Shown here: positions 1-10,906 of the stretch, in pieces
How positions within the stretch are numbered: position 1 is the first letter of the stretch
How the letters are laid out: each line of letters opens with the position of its first letter
The notes under the pieces: model-generated
What the model was told of the DNA's origin: nothing
What the model saw: the letters and a program-made list of their open reading frames with translations, nothing else
The model's database searches: none
From: Scyliorhinus canicula
Taxonomy: Eukaryota
Assembly: GCF_902713615.1 (NCBI RefSeq)
Contig: NC_052152.1
Coordinates: 95,372,053 to 95,436,052, forward strand
Length of the DNA: 64,000 nt
Reading direction: 5' to 3'
Made by a program: the position numbers and the translations under genes

Positions 1-2651
1 GCAGTATTCTGGGCAGTACAGTACTTTTCGTACATTACCGGACTCAACCCCATAACGATTCTGACCGAACACACCCCCACACAGCTTCTATTGGACGTAC
101 GACTGAAGGACAGTTCAGTTAGCCAAATTAGAGAAGCTAGGTGGACCCTTCTTTTACAAGGATAGGACATCACAGTTAAACGGACAAAGACACACACCTT
201 CTTGGCAGACAACCTCCAATACCCAGGACAACCCCATGAATGCGAGGTAGTAGCCCCCTTCCACAACAAAGATCCCTTCATTGCAAAGACACCCCCCAGG
301 AAGATAGTTCAACTCAAAGCCCCCAGCACACAGACACGTGTGCCCCCTTGACGATTTATGTGGATGGTTCATCCACTGTTTTAAATGGTGAGCGCATAAC
401 AGGATGCGGCATCTATGTAGAGGGCGCGCAGGGACGTGCATTATTTTGTTGCATTTCATTGTTTGTCGTTACGTTTTATATTTTCTGTAAAAAATTCCTA
501 TAAAAATTATATTTAAAAAAAAGAAGAGATAGCTTTAAAGTTACCCGGTCACTCAGGCGCGCAGGCAGCAGAGCTCGTGGCTATAGCATATATAGTGGAC
601 CACCCAGATTCATTCCCCAGCCCAGTAGATATATATTCTGATAGTCTATATATCTGCAACAGTTTGACGCATTTTCTACCCCTGTGGAAGACAAGAGGTT
701 TTGTTTCCGCAGATGGAAAGCCTCTTCCAGCAGCCCCATTGCTCTGCCATATCCTAGAAAAGGCAAAGGATAGGATTTATGGAATAATTAAAGTGAGATA
801 TCATCATCGGTCATCCCCCCCTGGAAACGTGAAAGCCGACGCATTGGCAAAAGCAGGTTCCAGGCACGGACATTTTTGGACACCCCCCCGCTAGCGCCCC
901 TGTGAGTTCAGTTCACGTCTCACAGACAAACACTGAGGATTTAATACAGGCCCAAAAACAGGACAGCAATCTCAGGGAGATTTTGAGAGGAAAATTTTCG
1001 GCCCTGTATGACAAGTTTAAACATGCTCTGACCACACATGATGGTGTGGTGCTGAAAGATAAACTGTATGTGGTTCCTGAGAAGGACAGGAATCAAATGA
1101 TTTGCCTATTCCATGATGGTCATGGACACCAAGGGATAGACCCTACACAGCCCACCTGAGACAGCTCTGTTGGTGGCCAAATTTGAGAGAAGATGTAACC
1201 CATTACATCGAGAATTGTTTAATTTGTGCACAGAATAACCCGGAGAGGTATTCTAAAAAGGCTCAGTTTGGTCACACTCGCCCCGTTAATGGCCCCTGGA
1301 CTAACCTCCAGATCGATTTTATAGGTCCATTGCCCCCATGCAGGAATGGCTATAAATACGTTTTGGTGGTAATTGATACATTCACCAAATGGGTAGAGGC
1401 ATTCCCATCATGAACTAACACGGCCAAAACAACTGCAAAGATCCTGACACACCACATCTTTACTAGGAGTATTGAGTCAGACCAGGGATCTCATTTCACA
1501 GGACGGGTCATGAAGTACGTCCTGACCATATTCGGCATTAAACAAAATTTCCACATTGCGTACCACCCCCAGTCCAGCGGTATAGTGGAACGCATGAATC
1601 GACCCTTAGAAAGATGGTCCAGGAAAATAATACAACTTGGGATTCGGTGCTCCCATTCGCACTTATGTTTTTAAGGAATACTGTTTCAGCATCAACAGGT
1701 TTCACCCCACACACACTCATGACCGGTCGCCCCATGAAAGGTTCTGAATTCCTTTTAGGACTCGACATGACCAGCCCAGAAGTGACAGCCCTCACACATG
1801 AGACAGCAGTCAAACAATTAGTGGAAAATGTAAGATCGGCTCAGTTAACAGCCGCAGTTAAATTGGGAAAGAAAAAGAAACAGAGCAAGGCTTGTTTCGA
1901 CCGGACAGTACATTCCACAGAGTTTCAGGTTGGACAGCAAGTGATGCTGTCTGTTTATAATCCCAGCACATTTCTGGCCCCAAAGTATTCAGGTCCCTAC
2001 TCAATTGCGGACAAAGTCAGCCCTTCAGTTTATCAGATAAAGTACCCCAATGGGAAGACTGCCTGGTTCCATATTAACCAGTTAAAGGCATATGGAACAC
2101 AGTCCAACCACACACATCACGTCATGCTTGACACAGCAGACCTCCACGCCCCGCCCACAAGAGACGCATTTCCACCCTCCCCTTCACAGACCAGCACCTC
2201 ATCGGACTCGACGTCGACTCCGCCCATTGACTTTAGACCACGCCCCTACACGCCCACAAGCTGCCACAGCAGAGACAGCGACTGTGACTCTGACGACAGC
2301 CACAGCACGCCTCTCTACTGCCCCGATACAACAGACCCCACACACAGTGACTACGAACCCGACTCCAGTGATCTTTTTGAGATCATATACATATAGGCCC
2401 CAGACCCAGAACCCACTCCCCACAATGATGACCCCACTTTCGCTCATTCAATTTCTGACACACCTCATTGGCACCGCGACAATTCATCCAGGCTCGTCCG
2501 GAACGACGAGATGGACCCCCGTTCACATAATGCGACCATAGCACGCCTGATCCATACAAGGATATGGGATCCTGGAGAAGAGGATGACTTTAAGTCTGAC
2601 TCCCGACACGGCAACCCCTTTACGACCCTGTTCGCAGAAGATGATGATTGA
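1..2651 (+). pseudogene. pol: pol remnant: tether, RNase H, integrase with long C-terminal extension (stops and frameshifts)
   Basis: Tether AVFWAVQYF..TEHTP..RWTLLLQ..ADNL (1-216). RNase H IYVDGS, AQAAEL, IYSDS, GNVKADALAK. Integrase HDGHGH..CLIC, QIDFIGPLPP, DTFTKWVEAFP, ESDQGSHF, YHPQSSGIVER, KYSGPY (GPY/F). Confidence 0.9.
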
Positions 2652-3508
2652 GGTGTCCAGATGATGTAAAAAGAGGAACCGCTTGAGAGATAAACGGTGT
2701 CCTTTTCTGATGGAACCTGCAGTATGTTTGTTGCATGTTTGTTTGTTTGTGGTTTTTTTTTCCAGCAACATTAGCTCTGCGGACACACGCTCAATTTGTC
2801 CGCCGATACCTTTGAGAATTTGCAAGAGACCTTATCAGCAGAAATGTCTGAAGTCCAGCCGACAGGCATATCGGCCAAAACCTCTGAGAGCTTGCTAGCT
2901 CCAGTTTCATAACTGCTCTTCTGTTTGGAGGACAGAAGAGGCAACCCCCATGATGACTACATTCTTGCCCGTTCGTTTCAGGTTGCTCAGGCAGTGGAGA
3001 AATGGCATTGAGGACCCGCCCTGTCTGAGGACACCCCTCTGGTCAGCTAAGCTCGGGTACAGCACAGCACGCCCTACCTGGGGATTCCACCCAAATCTTA
3101 CCCATCGCAGCCCATATGCACCTCATTTCGAAAGTCTTGTTTCTAAAAGTTTAGTTTTGTTTGTTTTATTTTTGGTAGCCCTTTGGTTGCCATTCCACTT
3201 GCTATTTACATCCAGGAACATTGGGATGGTAAATTGCAAAGCCTGCGAGACGGCTCGCAGTGGCACAGTAGTTAAGTGTATGTCTGGTCCTAAATTCGTT
3301 TTGAAAAAAAAAATGAGGGAGTCACATGGAGTGACCAATCATAAAGGGACACTTGGCAAAAGAGGACAGACATACTAAAATTCAAGATGTTAAACAGATC
3401 ACTAACAGACACTATGCTTGATCCCATAGCTTGGACATTCCGAGGAGAGAAGAAGAACAGGATCAAAGCAAGAGAAGACCAAAGCAGGAAAAGAGAAGAG
3501 TAGAGAAG

Positions 3509-3865
3509 ATGAAGCAGATGTTTTTCATTGTTGTATTCTGGATTATGGAATCCATGTGGTTGCACGCGGATGCGAACCCCCTTTCCCCCACTCCACCGGC
3601 CGCTAATGTTTCACTTCCCCAGACCACTCAAAGCCCAGTAACAAGCAGCAGTAACCCAACCTGGTGTACCAAATTTATGAATTGGTACTCCTTGTCATAT
3701 GTAGTAGAATCGCTTTTGGCACTGGCAATTGGCTGCATCATAGTACAGACTTTTAGGATGAGGAAATGGCGAAGGAGAGCATACCGCTCTCGTACCTCGA
3801 CGGTATATAGGATGCGATCCCCTATCTTCGGTTTCCATCAGTCCCCCAAACCCCTTGAAATGTAA
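3509..3865 (+). CDS. 118-aa putative type I membrane accessory protein of the provirus
   Basis: ATG with A at -3. Hydrophobic N-terminus MKQMFFIVVFWIMESMWLHADA, S/T/P-rich ectodomain with an NVS sequon, TM-like YSLSYVVESLLALAIGCIIVQTF, basic tail RMRKWRRRAYRSR. Frame is uninterrupted. Confidence 0.6.
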   Translation: MKQMFFIVVFWIMESMWLHADANPLSPTPPAANVSLPQTTQSPVTSSSNPTWCTKFMNWYSLSYVVESLLALAIGCIIVQTFRMRKWRRRAYRSRTSTVYRMRSPIFGFHQSPKPLEM

Positions 3866-4232
3866 TAAAGGATTTTTTTCGCCGTTGTTGCCATGTAAAT
3901 AAAGGAATGTGTTTTGAATGCATATGTATCTCTGAGCTCGACTGCCGAGTCAGAGAAGTGTATCATGAATGTTGTTAGAATTCTGTACTGATAGGAAGAT
4001 AGAATGATGGAATGTAAGTTGAGTGCAGTTTATTTAAGGTGAGTTAGAGGTTCCCGTTGTGATTTGGTAATGCATGTACCCTTATGACATAGCGCCAAAT
4101 AGAGATTGTAGGGAAAATTTTCTGCATAGTTGAGGAAAATGCAGAGGCCATGGAACTCGCTGAGGTCAGGGAATGAAGACCCCGTAGTTGTATGATCCTT
4201 CACGCTATCGCGTTAGGATCACAAGGAGGTAG

Positions 4233-5138
4233 TGTAGCCACCGAAGCTGGCCACTTCCCGACATAAAATGGAACATTGAGTTGCATGCAGAGAAAACTGG
4301 ACAAGGTCAGAAAGGCAAGCAGGTTGCAGAACCTCTCTGTGGATTCTGTCTGTGAAGAAACCAGACAGCATAGAAACTAACAAGTTTGCATACTAGTTGA
4401 GCGATTCCCGGTGATTCCCGGGCACAATAGACACAACAATTAGCTGCAATTGAAACATTCTGTAGCAGGTCAGACTTATCGGCGCCAACGGAGTCTGAAA
4501 CAAAAGGACACAAACAAGTGAGAAAGAATCGCCCCGCGGTCGAGGAACAGCCTCAGTATTGGGGGATTCGTATCAATCGATTGGGATGAGACCCAATGAG
4601 TTAGGGGTCCGCCCAAAAGGGCGCAAAGCCCCTGGGACCTATAAAAGTAAGGTCCCAAGACAAATTTGATCTCTTAGCCGGCCTCTCTCTCTTAGCCGGC
4701 CCTCCCTGCAGAACACCTTTGCAGCAGCTCTCTAAGAACTTGAATGTGAGAAGGAGAGGCCTGGCCAATTCCTACACCGACAAGTAAGTGTCATACAACG
4801 CACACTACGAGAGTAGACACTCCTGACCCCTTTAGTCCACACCAACTGGAAGCCTGTGGATTCAGGACAAGACAAGAGGCCATTGTTCCCTGATCCGGCA
4901 GTTCCCTTATTCCAGATAAGTATTGGCTTAGTAGTGGTAGGAATAGTTTAGTCTTAGTATTATATGCATGAGCAGTAAATAACTGTGTAATAATAAACGT
5001 GTCTTGTTTGAACTTACTAACTTGTGTATTGAGTCATTGATCTGAACTTGAACTTGAACCTCGTGGCGGTATCACAAAGATACCTGGCGACTCTAGAGCC
5101 AATTGAGTGTAAAGCACACTCACCCAGAACGAGCAACA
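4233..5138 (+). repeat. 3' LTR (~906 bp) of the provirus
   Basis: TG...CA ends, PPT immediately upstream, TATAAAA 4640-4646, AATAAA 4992-4997. Homologous to the TSD-flanked solo LTR at 23934-24923. Confidence 0.85.
4640..4646 (+). promoter_or_regulatory. LTR TATA box
   Basis: GGACCTATAAAA, conserved in the solo LTR (TTTTATAGGTCC near 24487-24498 on +); CCAAT and GC-box-like motifs upstream. Confidence 0.65.
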
Positions 5139-5489
5139 GTAAGCAGTGGGTAAGTATTCAATCATCTTATTTATCATTTGTTTCTCATCACCACATATAG
5201 GGGTGGATTCTTAGCTGTCCGCCACCAGTAGCAGGGTTCCCAATCCGGCGGAGAAATGAAAGTCTGCCTAAAAACCTGATCAGCATGTCCGGTGTTATTT
5301 GTATCCATTTGCATCCGATTAGCGGGCTGTAAACTCAATTCTCCAGGCTCTCTGTGATGCTCCAGGCCTCTCAGTCGGGATTCACGTGGGCATGGATTGG
5401 TGCAGGTATTTTCAGGTGTGGGCTTGGCGCGGTGAACCCCGCAATGGGTCAAGGGAGTCAGTGCATAATGAAGCTGCACTCCAAATCCA

Positions 5490-5760
5490 TCAAAAGGCCC
5501 ACATTCACAGCTTTTCACCAACTCCTCAATATCACTATCTAACTTTGAATACCAAAAATAGCTTCTTGCTACTGCTTTCACATGGAAATATCCATGTATG
5601 CTCTTGATGAAGTTCCCTTAACAATCTCTCTCTCACAATTTGGCAGAATAATGACACTTAAGCCCCATTGGAGACACCTTTGATCAACACTCAGTTCATT
5701 TCCGCATGTGAAGAACTCATGCAATTTCTCATCATTAAATTCCTTGGACTAGCCACTGAG
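5490..5760 (-). pseudogene. small Gypsy integrase zinc-finger fragment
   Basis: MKAVARSYFWYSKLDSDIEELVKSCEC, typical of the Gypsy HHCC region. Confidence 0.65.
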
Positions 5761-5779
5761 CACCATATTCTGATGAGTT

Positions 5780-6580
5780 CTGCTGCGACAACAATAATCT
5801 CTCCCTCAATGTCAACAAAACGAAGGAGATTGTCATCGACTTCAGGAAGCGTAGTGGAGAACATGCCCTTGTCTACATCAATGGGAACGAAGTAGAAAGG
5901 GTCGAGAGCTTCAAGTTTTTAGGTGTCCAGATCACCAACAACCTGTCCTGGTACCTCCATGCCGACACCATAGTTAAGAAAGCCCATCAACGACTCCACT
6001 TTCTCAGAAGAATATGTAAATTTGGCATGTCACCTACGACTCTCACTAATTTCTACAGATGCACCATAGAATTCTTTCTGGTTGTATCACAGCTTGATAT
6101 GGATCCTGCTCTGCCCAAGATCGTAGGAAATTACAAAAGGTCGTGAATGTAGCCCAATGCATCACAGAAACCAGCCTCCCATCCATCGACTCTATCTACA
6201 ATTCCCGCTGCCTCGGAAAGGCAGCCAGCATAATTAAGGACCCCATGCACCCCAGACATACTCTCTTCCACCTTCTTCCGTCAGGAAAAAGATACCAAAA
6301 TTTGAGGTCACTTATCAACCGACTCAAGAACAGCTTCTTCCCTACTGCCATCAGACTTTTGAATGGACCTACCTTGTATTAAGTCGGCCCCTTGCCCGAC
6401 TACCCTCCAAAACCCTCAACCCAATCAAACTCTACACCTTGCTATAACTGTAACGTTATATTCTGCAGTCTCTCCTTCCTTCCCTATGTACGGTATGCAT
6501 TGTTTGTACAGCATGCAAGAAACAATACTTTTCACTGTATACTAATACATGTGACAATAATAAATCAAATCAAAATCAAA
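5780..6580 (+). mobile_element. 5'-truncated Rex1/Babar-type LINE
   Basis: NLSLNVNKTKEIVIDFRK..INGNEVERVESFKFLGV..NLSW and LLPSGKRY..RLKNSFFPTAIRLLN; (AATCA)n-type tail 6557-6580. Confidence 0.8.
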
Positions 6581-7140
6581 CCTTCCCTCACAACTCAAAT
6601 ACTGCCCCTCGCCCGACTACCCTCCCAAACCCTCAACCCAATCAAACGCCCCATCAGAATCCCCCCAGCACTCAACTGACCACAAAAGAGACCCCCATCA
6701 GCCACCCCCATCCCCCATCAGACCCCACCCGATCAGAGACTCACATCAGATCCCTTATCAAGAGATTTCTAGCTCTTTGAAGTGTACAGGCTTTGAGGAA
6801 TCCTCTGGCACCTGTAACAGCTGCTGCTTTAAACACTTTTGTCTGGAAAAGTTAAATAAAAATGCTGCGATATTTAAACCTACTGCCCGGACTGCTCCTC
6901 AGCTTTCGTCTTATTAGGGGTCAGGGGAGGGGGGGGGGGGTGGGGGGTCTGGTTGGGGTGTCTAATGGGTGGTCACACTTAATTCCCATAGTAGTGTGGG
7001 GGAGAATGCTCCTACTTGCCAACTGGGGCGGCAGGATTCCATTGTGGGGGAGGAAGGGCAGCCACTGGATTCTGATGGAGTCCAGCAAGCTATCCATCAT
7101 GCAGACATTTACATGGAAAAGGAAAGGGAATCACTCCTAG

Positions 7141-7610
7141 TCTCTGCACTCTCTCCAGAGCAATACTGCCCTTCCTGTAACGTGGCGACCAGAACTGCAC
7201 AAAATATTCCAGTCGTGGCCTCACCAGTGTTTTGTACAATTCGAACATTATATCCTTACCTTTATATTATAGACCCCTGCTAATTAAGGAGAGCATTCTA
7301 TATGCTTTCTTAACAACCCCTTGTCTACTTGAACTGCTGCCTTTAAGGACCTGTGCAGCTGTATGCCAAGATCTCTCACTTCTAATGGCACTGGAGAGGG
7401 TGCAGCAAAGATTTATCTGTCTGCTTCCAGGGATGAGGAACTTCAGTTAAATGGATAGATTGGTGAAGCTGGGGCTGTTTCCCTTTGAAAAGAAAATAAT
7501 AAGCGGAGATTGGATGGAGGTGTTCGAAAGCACAAGGGGTGTGGACAGAGAAAATAAGGAGAAACTGTTCCCATTGGTGAGTGAGCTGAGGACTAGAGGT
7601 CACTGCTCTA
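7141..7610. mobile_element. CR1 LINE fragment with inverted 5' part (7141-7380 on -, 7387-7610 on +)
   Basis: Minus part encodes ..LVRPRLEYFVQFWSP..ALERVQR; plus part begins ALERVQQRF..LGLF. Confidence 0.75.
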
Positions 7611-7717
7611 GAGGGATCCTCATTTATGAGCGATGAGCTGCGCCAGTACCTGCTCAACAGTGGCATTGCCTCGAGCAGGAGACTTTTTTCTGAGGACTAG
7701 AGGTGGAGCAGGAGAAT

Positions 7718-9790
7718 GAGGATCCCTGGTCGCTGTGGACGTAGGCGGGGAAGCCGAACAGAGTGAAGGTTGTGTTGAGGGCTTTGATGACGGTGGCAGA
7801 TGTCATATCGAGGCATGGGACAGTGAAGGGGAATCAGGAATACTCATCGACAGCATTAAGAAAGTACGTGTTGCGGTCGGTGGCGGGGAGCGGCCCTTTG
7901 AAGTCCACACTGAGGCGTTCAAAGGGCGGGAGGCCTTCACCAGGCGCGCACGGTCTGGCCGGTAGAAGTGCAGTTTACACTCCGTGCAGACCTGGCAGTC
8001 TCTGGTGACAGCCCTGACGTCCTCGATGGAGTAGGGCACATTGTAGGCCTTAATGAAGTGGTAAAAACGGGTGGCCCCTGGGTGACAGAGATTGACGTGC
8101 AGAGTCCGGAGTCGGTCCACTTGTGCGCTGGCACATGTACCTCGGGACAGGGCATCGGGGGGCTCGTTGAGCTTAACGGGGCGATACAAAATCTCGTAGT
8201 TGTAGGTGGAATGCTCGATCCTCCACCTCAAGATTTTATCATTTTTGATCTTAGCCCGCTGTGTGTTGTTAAACATGAAGTCAACTGACCGTTAGTCAGT
8301 GAGGAGAGTGAATCTCCTGCCGGCCAGGTAATGCCTGCAATGTCGCACAGCTTCAACGATAGCTTGGGCCTCCTTTTAGATGGAGGAGTGCCGAATTTCG
8401 GAGGCATGGAGGGTGCGGGAATAGAATGCCACGGGCCTGCCTGCCTCGTTGAGGGTGGTGGCTAGAGTGATGTCTGATGCATCGCTCTCGACTTGGAAGG
8501 GGAGCGTCCCGTCAACCGCGTGCATTGCAGCCTTGGCGATGTCGGCCTTGATATGGTTGAAGGCCTGGTGAGCCTCGGCCGTCAGTGCGAAAGCAGTGGA
8601 TTGAATGAGTGGGCGGGCCTTGTCCGCATAATTTGGGACCCACTAGGCGTAATACGAAATGAACCCTAGGCATTGTTTGAGGGCCTTGGGGCAATGGGGG
8701 AGGGGGAGTTCCATGAGTGGCCGCATGCGATCAGGGTTGGACCCTCAAACTCCGTTCTGAACCACATAGCCGAGGATGGCTAATCGGTTCGTGCTGAACA
8801 CACACTTCTCCTCGTTGTAAGTTAGGTTGAAGAGTGTGACGTTGTGGCGAAATTTGGAAACGTTAGCGTCGTGGTCCTGCTGGTCGTGGCCGCAGATGGT
8901 GACATTGTCCAGGTACGGTAAAGTGGTCCGCAGCCCGTACCGGTCAACCATTCGGTCCATCTCCCGTTGGAAGACCGAGACCCTGTTGGTGACGCCGACG
9001 GGAACCCTAAGGAAATGGTAAAGGCGGCCGTCTGCTTCAAACGCAGAGTATGGGCGGTCCACCTTACGGATGGAGGGCTGGTGGTAGGTCTATTTCATAT
9101 CCACTGTCGAGAAGACCCGGTACTGTGCAATCTGATTGACCATATCAGATATGCGTGGGAGGGGGTATGCGTCGAGCTGCGTGTACTGATTGATGGTCTA
9201 CTGTAGTCAACGACCATCCTGCTTTTCTCCCTGATATTCACCACTACCACTTGGGCTCTCCAGGGGCTGTTGCTGGCCTCGATGATACCTTCCCGCAGCA
9301 GCCGCTGCACCTCAGACCTGATGAATGTCCTGTCCTGGGCACTATACCATCTGCTCCTGGTGGCGACGGGTTTGCAATCCGGGGTGAGGTTTGCAAAAAG
9401 GGAAGGCGGGTCAACCTTAAGGGTCGCGAGGCCGCAAACAGTAAGGGGTGGCAGGGGCCCGCCAAATTTCAGGTATAGGCTCTAGAAGTCCAGGCCGAGT
9501 AGCAAGGCAGCGCAGAGGCTGGGGAGGATGTACAGCCAGACGCTGCTGAACTCTACGCCCTGGATGGTGAGGGTGGCGTTGCAGTACCCCCGGATCACCA
9601 CGGAGTGGGATCCGGAGGCCAGGGAGAGTCTTTGGTTAGCAGGGTGTACTGTGAGGGAGCAGCGCCTTACTGTATCGGGGTGGATGATGCTCTCAGTGTT
9701 CCCGGAGTCCAGAAGGCAGGATATCTCGTGCCCGTCGACCTTCACCTTTGTCGGAGCGGTCGCGAGGTTGTGCGCTCGAGACTGGTCGAT
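7718..9790 (-). pseudogene. pol: Gypsy pol remnant
   Basis: Protease LLDSG; RT SPWRAQVVVV..RMVVDY and YLDNV; RH ESDASD..RPVAFYSRTL; IN LCHPG..CQVC..VHSDQGS. Confidence 0.88.
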
Positions 9791-10089
9791 CATGACCGAG
9801 GCGATGCGCGGCTGATCGTCGGTGGTTGCAGGCGACGAGCAGCCCGATGAGGTGCCCGACGGGCAGGGGTCCTGAGGCGGGTAAGATGGCAGCGCCCACG
9901 GGCCGCACGTGTCCTGGGCCAGGCAAGTTGGCAGCGTCCATTGGTTCTGAGACAGGCAAGATGGCATCGCCCACGGGCCGCACGTGTTGTGAATGGAGCA
10001 AGGTGGCAGCGTATCGGGCCGCACGTGGTATGAGGAGAGGAGGATGGCTGCACCCACTGGCTGCACGTGGGTAGTGCCGGGACAATAGC

Positions 10090-10880
10090 ACTGATTGAGC
10101 GGGCCTGGCACACTGCAGCGAAATGTCCCTTCTTGCCACAGGCCTTGCAGAGCGCACTCCATGCCGTGCAGCGCTGCCGGGGGTGTTTAATCTGTCCGCT
10201 GAAGTAGCACTTGGGTCCCCCGGTGTTGGTTGGCTTCCACACGGCGCAGGCGTGGGGTTGGCTGAGGTGAGTCGCTGATGGGGTCCACGATGGGGTGGCC
10301 GCTGACGGGGTCCACGATGCACGGGGTTTGAGCCCGTGTGGTTGAGGGCATAAGTCTGTATGTTGCGTGAGGCGAGCGTGAGAGAGAGCGCTAGTTTCTT
10401 GGTCGCCGTGCGGTCAAGCGTGGCCCCTTCTAAGAGGTGCTGGCGGATGTAGTCAGACCCTATGCCTGTAATGAACGCGTCTCCCATTAGCAGGTTCAAA
10501 TGTTCAGTGGCCGAAATGGCCAGGCAGTCACAGTCTCTCACCAGGGTGAGCAGGGCATGCCAGAAATCATCCACAGACTCACCTGGAAGTTGGTGCCTCA
10601 TGGACAGGAGGTGGCTGGCTTGGATCCTGTTGGTCTGCTGAGCTTAATTCTCCTTCAGTAGCGCCATGGCCTCTGCGTAGGTCGGCGCGTCCTGGACGAG
10701 GGGAAAAACATTTGGGCTCAGCCGCATGTACAGAATCTGGAGCTTCTGTGCTTCTGAGATTGGGTCTGGTGCAGAACTGATGTATGCTTCAAAACAGGCT
10801 AGCCAATGTTCAAAGTCCTTTTTGGCGTTGTCTGCTTGAGGATGCAGCTGCAGGCGATCCGGCTTGATGTGGAGGTCCAT
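10090..10880 (-). pseudogene. gag: Gypsy gag remnant with two zinc knuckles
   Basis: MDLHIKPDRL..FEHWLACFEAYI; knuckles CYFSGQIKHPRQRC (degenerate) and CKACGKKGHFAAVC; internal stop and frameshift. Confidence 0.85.
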
Positions 10881-10906
10881 CTCTGAAAAAGCTCTATGTG
10901 ATAAAT

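Larger units (their letters stand above)
1..5138 (+). mobile_element. 3' half of an endogenous retrovirus-like provirus (spuma/loki-like pol architecture), env-less, ending in a 3' LTR; 5' part lies outside the window
   Basis: Degenerate RNase-H-like tether followed by a second canonical RNase H and an integrase, then a ~1.6 kb accessory region, a purine tract (AAGGAGGTAG 4223-4232) and an LTR TGTAGCC...GAGCAACA. Confidence 0.85.

Noticed and set aside
2683-3378. ORFs 2683-2898 and 2950-3378 with hydrophobic stretches as env remnants or extra membrane proteins
   Set aside because: The hydrophobic runs coincide with T-rich splice-acceptor tracts; no furin site, fusion peptide or CX6CC pattern was seen.
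5080-5100. TGGCGACTC as a primer-binding site marking the LTR end
   Set aside because: Not preceded by CA, and the TSD-defined solo LTR contains the same motif internally, so it lies within U5.
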